Positions 16,105 to 23,815 of a DNA stretch of 27,493 nt are shown in pieces. The translations under genes were made by a program, and so were the position numbers. The DNA comes from a bacterium. Its GTDB lineage: Bacteria > Zhuqueibacterota > Zhuqueibacteria > Oceanimicrobiales > Oceanimicrobiaceae. The stretch spans positions 1 through 27,493 of the forward strand of contig JBHHXN010000058.1 in NCBI GenBank assembly GCA_046757025.1, given 5' to 3'. How positions within the stretch are numbered: the first letter of the stretch is position 1; the number at the start of each line of letters is the position of its first letter. The notes under the pieces were generated by a model that saw only the letters and a program-made list of their open reading frames with translations, was not told where the DNA came from and searched no databases.

Positions 16105-16890
16105 TTATTCCTTTTTCGATTTCACCGTCTGTAAAGTTTGCTTGTCTTTTGCTTTTATTTTCAAATAAATCATCAACGTACCGCCAACGAAGATCAAAGC
16201 TAAACTGATAAGCTGGGCCAAAGTCAATCCCAGCAACACTTTCGGAGTGGTGCGGTAAAATTCCGTAAAGAACCGGCCGCTGCCTAACAACACCAGATAC
16301 AAATTAAATTTAAAGCCGGTTGGATATTCTTTGTGACGAATTTTCCATAAAAAAGTGAAAATGGAAATGAGAATCAGCATATCGTAGACGGGCGTGGGAT
16401 GCACCATTTCTGTTGTGGGAATGATGCCTTTCGGAAATGACATGGCCCAGGGAACATCGGTGGCATAGCCATAATCGCCGTCTCCGGAAAGCAGGCAGCC
16501 CATACGGCCGAACGTTTGGCCCAGCGCCAGCAGGGGCGCCATCATGTCGCAAATCAACGGAATGGACACTTTTTTTTGATGGATATAAAGCGTGGCAACC
16601 ACAAACCCACCGATAAGCCCGCCGTACCAAACCAGGCCGGCGCCGGTGAAAATGTATTCAGAAGGATTCGCCAGAAACGCCTGCCACCGTTCCGCGATAT
16701 AATAAATTCGCGCACCCAGAAAACCGCCGATCATGGCCGCGATGATGATGCCATTGGCGAAATCCGGATCCATACCCTTTCGGGCCACTTCTTTGCGCAG
16801 CAGCAAGGTGGGAATCAAAAATCCAAGCATGGCCATGACTCCGAAACTGTTGATGGTCAACGGCCCGATTTTAAATAATTCAGGTATCAT
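16105..16890 (-). CDS. lgt: Prolipoprotein diacylglyceryl transferase
   Basis: GARIYY, GLVWYGG, GRMGCLLSG, HPTPVYD and RFFTEFYR; multi-TM. Confidence 0.9.
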   Translation of the reverse strand: MIPELFKIGPLTINSFGVMAMLGFLIPTLLLRKEVARKGMDPDFANGIIIAAMIGGFLGARIYYIAERWQAFLANPSEYIFTGAGLVWYGGLIGGFVVATLYIHQKKVSIPLICDMMAPLLALGQTFGRMGCLLSGDGDYGYATDVPWAMSFPKGIIPTTEMVHPTPVYDMLILISIFTFLWKIRHKEYPTGFKFNLYLVLLGSGRFFTEFYRTTPKVLLGLTLAQLISLALIFVGGTLMIYLKIKAKDKQTLQTVKSKKE

Positions 16891-16934
16891 ATTTTCCTTT
16901 CAAAACAGAAATGGTTAATTTTCCTTTACCAATT

Positions 16935-16988
16935 GTAACTGTCCAGCCTGACAGACCGTAATTGCCGAATGACAGGCTGAATAGTTAC
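16935..16988. repeat. 54-bp imperfect inverted repeat upstream of lgt
   Basis: GTAACTGTCCAGCCTGACA pairs with TGACAGGCTGAATAGTTAC at 16/19 positions. Confidence 0.6.
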
Positions 16989-17089
16989 CACGAATTTAAA
17001 ATAAATGTGCACAAAATCAAGCAGATTAAAGCAACAGGGTACTCAATTTCATATTTGCCATGACTTCCTCTGCTTTTATAGGAGTCATC

Positions 17090-17141
17090 CGAAACAGAGT
17101 TTCTCCACACTTGCATTCCAAAATAGAAATTTTGGAATGAG
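17090..17141. repeat. REP-like palindromic unit
   Basis: GAAAC-AGA-GTTTC mini-hairpin followed by an 11-bp perfect stem, CATTCCAAAAT-AGAA-ATTTTGGAATG. Confidence 0.55.
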
Positions 17142-17242
17142 AACGGGGCGGATTTTCAGTTAAACTAGGACTGAAATTGGTCATTTAAACCCAAAACACT
17201 CAACAGGAGACCCCAGAATGACAAAATGGGGGTTTTATTCAG

Positions 17243-17399
17243 TAGTGCCTGACTGAAAACTCGAGAAATGCATGATTTAAAACCTCTTCGTGAAGCCGTC
17301 TCTTCACAATGCTCAGGACCGGCCCTACCGAGTCAGGCAGAAATTCACTCGTGGCCAGGAGGCCTTCGAGAAGAGACGGTCGTTTTCGGTTAATCAATA
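17243..17399. mobile_element. Degenerate MITE-like element
   Basis: TAGTGCCTGACTGAAAAC vs GTTTTCGGTTAATCAATA (13/18 inverted match, TA at both ends); internal arms CCGTCTCTTC/GAAGAGACGG. Confidence 0.4.
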
Positions 17400-17550
17400 A
17401 GCAGGATACCAGAGCATGGCTCATTTTGTGCAATAAACGGTGATTTACCGGACGAGCCATTCCATCTTGACCAATCAGTAAATCACGTCAAAAAATAACG
17501 GTGTCGCTGAATGGGATACTCACCTAATTCAACATAAAGCCACTCGTATC

Positions 17551-17579
17551 TTGACTTTTGAAAAATTAATATTTATTTT
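17551..17579 (+). promoter_or_regulatory. Sigma-70-type promoter of the prolyl oligopeptidase gene
   Basis: TTGACT-17 bp-TATTTT. Confidence 0.55.
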
Positions 17580-17632
17580 GAAAATTATCTTTCCCGCTTT
17601 TCGAACCACTCAATTGCAAATGGAGGATCGAA

Positions 17633-19777
17633 ATGATCAAGATTCACAACCTTAAAAAATCAAATGCAGTGATGAAGATGGGATTCATCTTTCTTATTTT
17701 CACGTCTTTGATCGCGTTTGTTCATGCTGGAGAAACCGATAAAAGGAAAGCGCCTGCCACGCGCCAGGACAACGTCAAAGAGGTTTTGCACGGAGTCGAA
17801 ATCACCGATCCGTATCGCTGGCTGGAAGACCAGAAAAGTCCAGAAACCCGCGCCTGGATCGACGCGCAAAACGAGTACACCATGTCGTTGTTAAAGGATT
17901 TTCCAGGCCGCGAAAAAATCAAAAAGCGATTTACGCAGCTCATGAAAGTCGATGTCATCAACACCCCGCGCGAGCGCAACGGCCGTTACTTTTTCACCAA
18001 ACGCGCCGCCGATCAGGATTTATCCATCATCTATATGCGGCAGGGACTCGACGGCAAAGACGAAGCGTTGATAGACCCGCATTCCATGAGCGAAGATCTA
18101 CGCACCAGCGTCAATCTGCAGACGATTTCACAAGATGGCACGATTCTGGTGTACGGCGTACGTCAGGGGGGAGAAGACGAAGTGAGCATCCACCTGTTCG
18201 ATGTGAACAAGCGCCAGGATTTGCCGGATCGCCTGCCCAAAGCGCGTTATTTCGGCATTTCGTTGACGCCGGACAACAGGGGTTTTTATTACACGCATCA
18301 CGGCAAGGAAGGCTCTCGTTTGTATTTTCATAAAATGGGTACACAGCTATCAAGCGACCAGCCGATTTTTGGTGAAGGCTACGATGCCGGCAAAATCGTT
18401 TTCGGCAGTCTGTCTGAAGACGGCCGGTATTTGCTGATACATGTATTTCACGGGTCTGCAGGAAAAACCGAGCTCTATTATAAAAATGTTGCGGAAAACG
18501 GGTCCATCGTGACCGTAGTAAAAGATCTCGAAGCCCGAACATTTGGCGAAATCGTGGACGACAAACTGTATCTGGAGACCGACTGGCAGGCCCCCAACAA
18601 ACGCGTCATGCTGGTTGACCTGACGAAACCCAGCACCACGCCGGATGCGTGGCAGGAAATCATTCCTGAGAGTAAATCTACACTAGAGGGGTTCACCCTG
18701 GCGGGAGGTAAACTGTTTGCCAACTATCTGGAAAACGTGGTTTCGCGAGTGAAAGTATTCGAGCCGGACGGCACCTATTTGCGCGATATCGATTTAGGAG
18801 AAATCGGTTCCATTGGCGGCGTTAGCGGCCGCTGGAACAGCAACGAAGCCTTTTTCTCGTTTTCTTCCTTTCATATTCCCAGAACCATTTACCGCTATGA
18901 CGTGGCTAAGGGCAGCCAGGAAGTCTGGGCGAAACTCGACATTCCCGTGGCTAGCGAAAATTTCGAAGTCAAGCAAATCTGGTATGAATCCAAAGACAAA
19001 ACCCAGATTCCCATGTTTTTGGTACATGCTAAAGGTTTGAAATTAGACGGCAGCAATCCCACCTATTTGACCGGCTATGGCGGATTTTTGGTGAGCCGGA
19101 CTCCGAGATTTTCCAGTACCGCGGCGCTCTGGGTGGAGTCAGGTGGGGTTTTTGCTCTGCCTAATTTACGCGGCGGCGGGGAGTTTGGCGAAGAGTGGCA
19201 CAAAGCCGGCATGCTGGCAAACAAACAAAACGTTTTCGACGATTTCATCGCAGCGGCGGAGTGGTTGATCGACAAGGGATACACCAACCCTTCCAAATTA
19301 GCCATCGCCGGCGGCAGCAACGGCGGTTTGCTGGTCGGCGCGGCGCTCACCCAGCGACCGGATTTGTTTCAGGCTGTCATCTGCGGTTATCCCTTACTGG
19401 ACATGGTGCGGTATCATAAATTCCTGGTGGCGCGCTTCTGGGTGCCCGAATACGGCTCTTCTGAAGATGATCCAGAGCAATTTAAATATTTGCTGGCCTA
19501 TTCCCCGTATCACAATGTGAAAAAGGGGGTAAATTATCCCGCGGTACTGTTCACCACCGGCGACGCCGACACGCGGGTGGCGCCTCTGCATGCCCGTAAA
19601 ATGGCCGCCCTGCTGCAATCCGCGACCGGCTCTGATAAGCCTGTCTTGTTGTATTACGATACCAAATCCGGTCACAGCGGCGGCAAGCCGGTCAGCCGAC
19701 AAATTGAAGACGCCACCATTAGCATGAGTTTTCTGTTCTGGCAGCTTGGCGAGCCGGCAGAAACGGTCATTAAATAA
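17633..19777 (+). CDS. Secreted prolyl oligopeptidase (peptidase S9A)
   Basis: Signal peptide; DPYRWLE, YGGF and NLRGGGEFGEEWH; catalytic GGSNGG, DTRV and SGH; RBS GGAGG. Confidence 0.95.
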   Translation: MIKIHNLKKSNAVMKMGFIFLIFTSLIAFVHAGETDKRKAPATRQDNVKEVLHGVEITDPYRWLEDQKSPETRAWIDAQNEYTMSLLKDFPGREKIKKRFTQLMKVDVINTPRERNGRYFFTKRAADQDLSIIYMRQGLDGKDEALIDPHSMSEDLRTSVNLQTISQDGTILVYGVRQGGEDEVSIHLFDVNKRQDLPDRLPKARYFGISLTPDNRGFYYTHHGKEGSRLYFHKMGTQLSSDQPIFGEGYDAGKIVFGSLSEDGRYLLIHVFHGSAGKTELYYKNVAENGSIVTVVKDLEARTFGEIVDDKLYLETDWQAPNKRVMLVDLTKPSTTPDAWQEIIPESKSTLEGFTLAGGKLFANYLENVVSRVKVFEPDGTYLRDIDLGEIGSIGGVSGRWNSNEAFFSFSSFHIPRTIYRYDVAKGSQEVWAKLDIPVASENFEVKQIWYESKDKTQIPMFLVHAKGLKLDGSNPTYLTGYGGFLVSRTPRFSSTAALWVESGGVFALPNLRGGGEFGEEWHKAGMLANKQNVFDDFIAAAEWLIDKGYTNPSKLAIAGGSNGGLLVGAALTQRPDLFQAVICGYPLLDMVRYHKFLVARFWVPEYGSSEDDPEQFKYLLAYSPYHNVKKGVNYPAVLFTTGDADTRVAPLHARKMAALLQSATGSDKPVLLYYDTKSGHSGGKPVSRQIEDATISMSFLFWQLGEPAETVIK

Positions 19778-19787
19778 AAACTCGGAT

Positions 19788-19976
19788 AACAGTTCACCCC
19801 GTAAGTTTTTGGACGCTGATAAATGCAGATAATCGCTGAATTTTTAGAAAACTCTTTGACAACTCGTTTCATCAGACTCTTGTTCATCTTAAGATGCTTT
19901 TCAATATCCCGGTTTTGGCCTTTAATCTGCGGCAATCAGCGAAAATCCGTGTCCGAAAAAGCAGGGAACTGGTACT
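19788..19976. mobile_element. 189-bp MITE-like element with a 9-bp flanking direct repeat and a CGCxGAT/ATCxGCG-type palindromic core
   Basis: AACTCGGAT at 19779-19787 and 19977-19985. Arms TTTTTGGACGCTGATAAATGCAGATAATCGCTGA and ATCTGCGGCAATCAGCGAAAATCCGTGTCCGAAAAA. Decayed ends share CAGTTC/GAACTG. Confidence 0.6.
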
Positions 19977-20119
19977 AACTCGGATTCAATTTTATCCAGA
20001 CTTGAAATGCAAAATGATCGTTGCGGAGAGGGAACGTTCTTTCTCCGCAACGAAAAATTGCGCACTTAAAAAGGTCGCTGTACATTTTACCTGGCACTGG
20101 GGGTCATGATCTGTTTTCC

Positions 20120-20148
20120 TTGACTTTTCTCACATCTTTCACTAACTT
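20120..20148 (+). promoter_or_regulatory. Sigma-70-type promoter
   Basis: TTGACT-17 bp-TAACTT upstream of ATG 20197. Confidence 0.5.
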
Positions 20149-20196
20149 TCTTTCCAATTCATTTTTTATTTCTAAATCATTTTCGGAGGTTGTACT

Positions 20197-20745
20197 ATGT
20201 ATAAATTTACGATTGCTATAATGCTCATCGCGGCTTGCCTGGCCATGCCGTTGATGGCTCAAGATAAAGATGCTACCAAGGACGACATGGCTGCCATGAT
20301 GACAGCGCCGGCCCCACTCGATGATGACTTCATGCAGTGGATGGTGGGCGAATGGGAAGGCTGGTCGGAATCCTCCATGGGTAAAAGCAAGGATTGGGTC
20401 AAGTACGAGATGGGATTGGATGGCCAATTTCTGCTCATTCATTATAAAAGTCAAATGGGTGAAATTTCCTACACCGGCATGGGAGCGATTACAAAAGACG
20501 CTGAAACCGGCGACGCGATCGGTCTGTGGATAGATAATTTTCGCAGCATGTCGAACGGCAAAGGCAAACGGGAGGGCGATACCATGACCATGAATTGGAG
20601 TGGGAAAATGGGCAGCGGTACTCGTATCACGCAAAAGGTCAGTGCCGATAAATTCGTAGTCACTGAAAGCTGGACCATGCCCGATGGCTCCGTCATGGAG
20701 AGCAAATCCGAGCTCACTCGCATCAAAAAAGTGACCGAGAAGTAG
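20197..20745 (+). CDS. Secreted DUF1579-like beta-barrel protein, Met-rich
   Basis: Signal peptide; MVGEWEG, LDGQFL, YTGMG and LWIDNF resemble DUF1579; RBS GGAGG. Confidence 0.7.
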   Translation: MYKFTIAIMLIAACLAMPLMAQDKDATKDDMAAMMTAPAPLDDDFMQWMVGEWEGWSESSMGKSKDWVKYEMGLDGQFLLIHYKSQMGEISYTGMGAITKDAETGDAIGLWIDNFRSMSNGKGKREGDTMTMNWSGKMGSGTRITQKVSADKFVVTESWTMPDGSVMESKSELTRIKKVTEK

Positions 20746-20766
20746 ATACCTAGAGATACGTGTTCG

Positions 20767-20793
20767 AGGCCGGTTGTCATACCGGCCTTTTTT
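20767..20793 (+). terminator. Rho-independent terminator
   Basis: AGGCCGGT-TGTCAT-ACCGGCCT followed by TTTTT. Confidence 0.8.
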
Positions 20794-20816
20794 ATTTAAA
20801 CTGGAGGAGGATTTCA

Positions 20817-23294
20817 ATGAAGCGCATCATTCTATTCGTTTTACTGGCGTCGTTCTTACCTTGCCGCTCATTCGCTCAATCTGAGAAGAAAGCCAAACAA
20901 ACCGTGTCCATTGTTGAAAAAACACAGGGTCTGACAAAATATGCCGGTTTTTTCAATTTTTACTGGGATGAAAAGCAGGGTAAAATCTGGCTTGAAATCG
21001 ATAAATGGGATACGGAATTGCTCTACATCAATTCCTTGCCGGCCGGCGTCGGCTCCAACGATATCGGACTCGATCGCGGCCAACTGGGTAACCGCCGCAT
21101 CATCAAATTCGAAAGAGTCGGCCCGAAAGTGCTCCTGGTGCAGCCCAATTACGCCTATCGTGCCCTGAGTGACCATCCGGCAGAACAGCGCGCGGTGAAA
21201 GAAGCGTTTGCGCAGTCCATCCTCTGGGGATTTGAGGTAGCGGCCGAAGAGGGCCAGCGAGTGCTGGTGGACGCCAGTGCGTTTTATCTGCGCGACGCTC
21301 ACGACGTCACAGGAAGATTGAAAAGAACCAACCAGGGCAACTATAAACTGGATGGCTCCCGTTCCGCCTTTTATTTAAAACGCACGAAAAATTTTCCTGA
21401 AAACACCGAAGTGGAAGTCACGTTGACCTTCACCGGCGACTCCCCTGGAAATTACGTGCGCCAGGTGGTGCCGAGTCCGCGCGCCATCACCGTGCGCCAG
21501 CATCACTCGTTTGTGCAATTGCCAGACGACGACTATCGCCCACGCAAGTTTGACCCGCGAGCGGGCTTTTTTGGCATTCGTTATTTCGATTATGCCACGC
21601 CAATCAGCGAACCGATTGTCAAACGATTTATTGCCCGGCATCGATTACAGAAAAAAAATCCCGACGCAGTGGTGAGCGAAGCAGTCGAACCCATCGTTTA
21701 TTATGTGGATGCCGGCGCGCCCGAACCCATCCGGTCCGCTTTGATGGAAGGGGCACGGTGGTGGAACCAGGCCTTTGAAGCCGCCGGCTATCGAAGGGCC
21801 TTTCAGGTCAAGCTCCTGCCAGCAGACGCCGACCCCATGGACGTGCGCTATAACGTCATTCAATGGGTGCACCGCTCCACCCGCGGCTGGTCGTACGGCG
21901 GCAGCGTAGTAGATCCGCGCACCGGCGAAATCATCAAAGGGCATGTGACTCTGGGTTCTCTACGGGTGCGGCAGGATTATTTGATTGCCCAGGGACTGCT
22001 GGCGCCGTACGAATCCGGCCAGCCTGAATCGCCGCTCATGCAGGAGATGGCTCTGGCGCGCTTGCGTCAGCTTTCCGCCCACGAAGTCGGGCACACGCTG
22101 GGTCTGGCGCACAACTTTGCCGCCAGCGTGGCCGGACGCGCATCGGTGATGGACTACCCACATCCGTTTATCCAGCTCAATTCTGACGGCACATTCGATT
22201 TTTCAGCCGCGTACGATACCGGCATTGGCGAATGGGATAAAGTCGCCATTGCTTACGGCTACAGCGATTTTCCGGCCACCATGAATGAAGAATTGCAATT
22301 GCAGGAAATCATACGCAAATCCATTGATGATGGCTTGATTTTTATCTCGGATCAGGACGCGCGACCGGCCGGCGGGGCACACCCGCTGGCACATCTCTGG
22401 GACAACGGCGCCAACGCTGCCGACGAATTATTGCGCATCATGAAAATACGCTCCCTGGCGCTCAGCCGGTTTTCAGAGAAAAATATTCGAGAAGGCACCC
22501 CTTTCTCCATGTTGGAGGAAGTCCTGGTGCCGATTTATTTATTTCATCGTTATCAGGTGGATGCCGCTTCAAAATTGCTGGGCGGTCTGTATTACACCTA
22601 TTCGGTCCGGGGAGATGGCCAGAAAATCACGGAAATGATTCCACCCCACCAGCAGCGCCAGGCTCTGGACGCGCTGTTGCATACCATCGCTCCCGAAAAT
22701 CTGGCGTTGCCGGAACGGATACTGAACCTCATTCCACCTCGCGCTTATGGCTACCGCCGCAGCCGAGAGACCTTTCATATCCGCACGCAACTGACCTTTG
22801 ATCCGTTGGCGGCAGCCGAAACAGCGGCTAATTTGACGGTTTCCTTTGTGCTCAATCCCGCACGAGCAGCTCGGCTAATTGAATATCATGCCAGAGATAC
22901 GAGCCACCCTGGATTGCAAGAGGTGATGGACAAACTGCTGGAAGCCACCTGGAAATCTTCGCCTGAATCGGGCTATCAGGCGGAGATTCAAAGGACGGTG
23001 AATGCGGTGGTGCTGAATAATCTGATGTCGCTGGCAGCGAATCGCGACGCCGCCACACAGGTGCGGGCCGTGGCCGCGCTAAAGCTGGAGGAATTGAAAA
23101 ACTGGTTGAATGGAAAAGTCAACAAGATGAAAGATGAAAATCAAAAAGCGCATTTCTATTTTGCAATCTCGCAAATTCGACGTTTTCAGAAAGATCCCCT
23201 TAAGATGGAATTCACCAGGCCCGTGAAGCTGCCAGCGGGCTCGCCCATCGGGGCACACGAGTTTGACTTAAGCAGATTTCGATGTGAGTGGTAA
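20817..23294 (+). CDS. Secreted zinc-dependent metalloprotease (EcxA / DUF5117-DUF4953 type metzincin)
   Basis: HEVGHTLGLAH zinc motif, Met-turn SVMDY, DPRTGEIIKG and signal peptide. Start ATG 20817 follows GGAGGAGG. Confidence 0.92.
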   Translation: MKRIILFVLLASFLPCRSFAQSEKKAKQTVSIVEKTQGLTKYAGFFNFYWDEKQGKIWLEIDKWDTELLYINSLPAGVGSNDIGLDRGQLGNRRIIKFERVGPKVLLVQPNYAYRALSDHPAEQRAVKEAFAQSILWGFEVAAEEGQRVLVDASAFYLRDAHDVTGRLKRTNQGNYKLDGSRSAFYLKRTKNFPENTEVEVTLTFTGDSPGNYVRQVVPSPRAITVRQHHSFVQLPDDDYRPRKFDPRAGFFGIRYFDYATPISEPIVKRFIARHRLQKKNPDAVVSEAVEPIVYYVDAGAPEPIRSALMEGARWWNQAFEAAGYRRAFQVKLLPADADPMDVRYNVIQWVHRSTRGWSYGGSVVDPRTGEIIKGHVTLGSLRVRQDYLIAQGLLAPYESGQPESPLMQEMALARLRQLSAHEVGHTLGLAHNFAASVAGRASVMDYPHPFIQLNSDGTFDFSAAYDTGIGEWDKVAIAYGYSDFPATMNEELQLQEIIRKSIDDGLIFISDQDARPAGGAHPLAHLWDNGANAADELLRIMKIRSLALSRFSEKNIREGTPFSMLEEVLVPIYLFHRYQVDAASKLLGGLYYTYSVRGDGQKITEMIPPHQQRQALDALLHTIAPENLALPERILNLIPPRAYGYRRSRETFHIRTQLTFDPLAAAETAANLTVSFVLNPARAARLIEYHARDTSHPGLQEVMDKLLEATWKSSPESGYQAEIQRTVNAVVLNNLMSLAANRDAATQVRAVAALKLEELKNWLNGKVNKMKDENQKAHFYFAISQIRRFQKDPLKMEFTRPVKLPAGSPIGAHEFDLSRFRCEW

Positions 23295-23397
23295 GATCAT
23301 AGTTGACAACCGTACAAACAGAATAGAATGTCGAGGATTATTTATTGAGAAAATAAATTCAGGAAAGTTAATCCCGCGTTTGAATTAGATATACTTT

Positions 23398-23598
23398 TAT
23401 GAGTGTCCGGTTCAGAAAACTTGAAATGAAGATAAACTTGCGAAAAAACAGTATTCAGGATCAGTTTATAGTTTTGGTGATTTGGGTTGGTTGCCAGTCG
23501 GTAGGCACCCCCTACGCTTAGTGGAATTCCTCTCGATGGGGAATTTGGTGGTGCGCGGTCCAGATTCTCATTGAAGATTTCTAAACCGGACATTTATA
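23398..23598. mobile_element. ~200-bp MITE-like element
   Basis: TATGAGTGTCCGGTTCAGAAA vs TTTCTAAACCGGACATTTATA (18/21 inverted match). Internal hairpins GTAGG-CACCC-CCTAC and AATTCCTC-TCGAT-GGGGAATT. Confidence 0.65.
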
Positions 23599-23637
23599 GT
23601 ATTACTACTAAACTTTTGCATAAAAATGCAGAAAAAA

Positions 23638-23808
23638 GAACGCGGATGACCCGGATTTAAGGGCTCTGAACGAATGAAGGTCTCGAATCAAAGGGATGTT
23701 AATTGTGCTGTTCCTGAATTTTATGGTTTTAATCAAAATCGAATCCGTGTCAATCCGTTCAATCTGTTAAATCCGTATTCCATTCATTTGCGGCTATACC
23801 GCACTAAG
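23638..23808. repeat. Palindromic CGGAT/ATCCG iterated repeat related to the core at 19806-19960
   Basis: GAACGCGGATGACCCGGATT...AATCCGTGTCAATCCGTTCAATCTGTTAAATCCGTATTC, followed by TGCGG-CTATA-CCGCA. Confidence 0.55.
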
Positions 23809-23815
23809 ATACAAT

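Noticed and set aside
16105..16890. Lgt motif variant (WYGG instead of FHGG) as a sign of a novel enzyme
   Set aside because: To my knowledge YGG variants are widespread among Lgt homologues, and the other motifs are intact.
17221..17530. tmRNA, RNase P RNA or an IS200/IS605-associated RNA
   Set aside because: No tRNA-like ends, no RNase P signature and no adjacent TnpB/IscB gene.
20091..20110. CTGGCAC as a sigma-54 -24 box
   Set aside because: No TTGC-like -12 element at the required distance; a sigma-70-type promoter follows.
19806..23785. Iterated short repeats (19806-19960 and 23638-23785) as CRISPR arrays
   Set aside because: The units are about 9 bp, degenerate and inverted, with no unique spacers and no cas genes.
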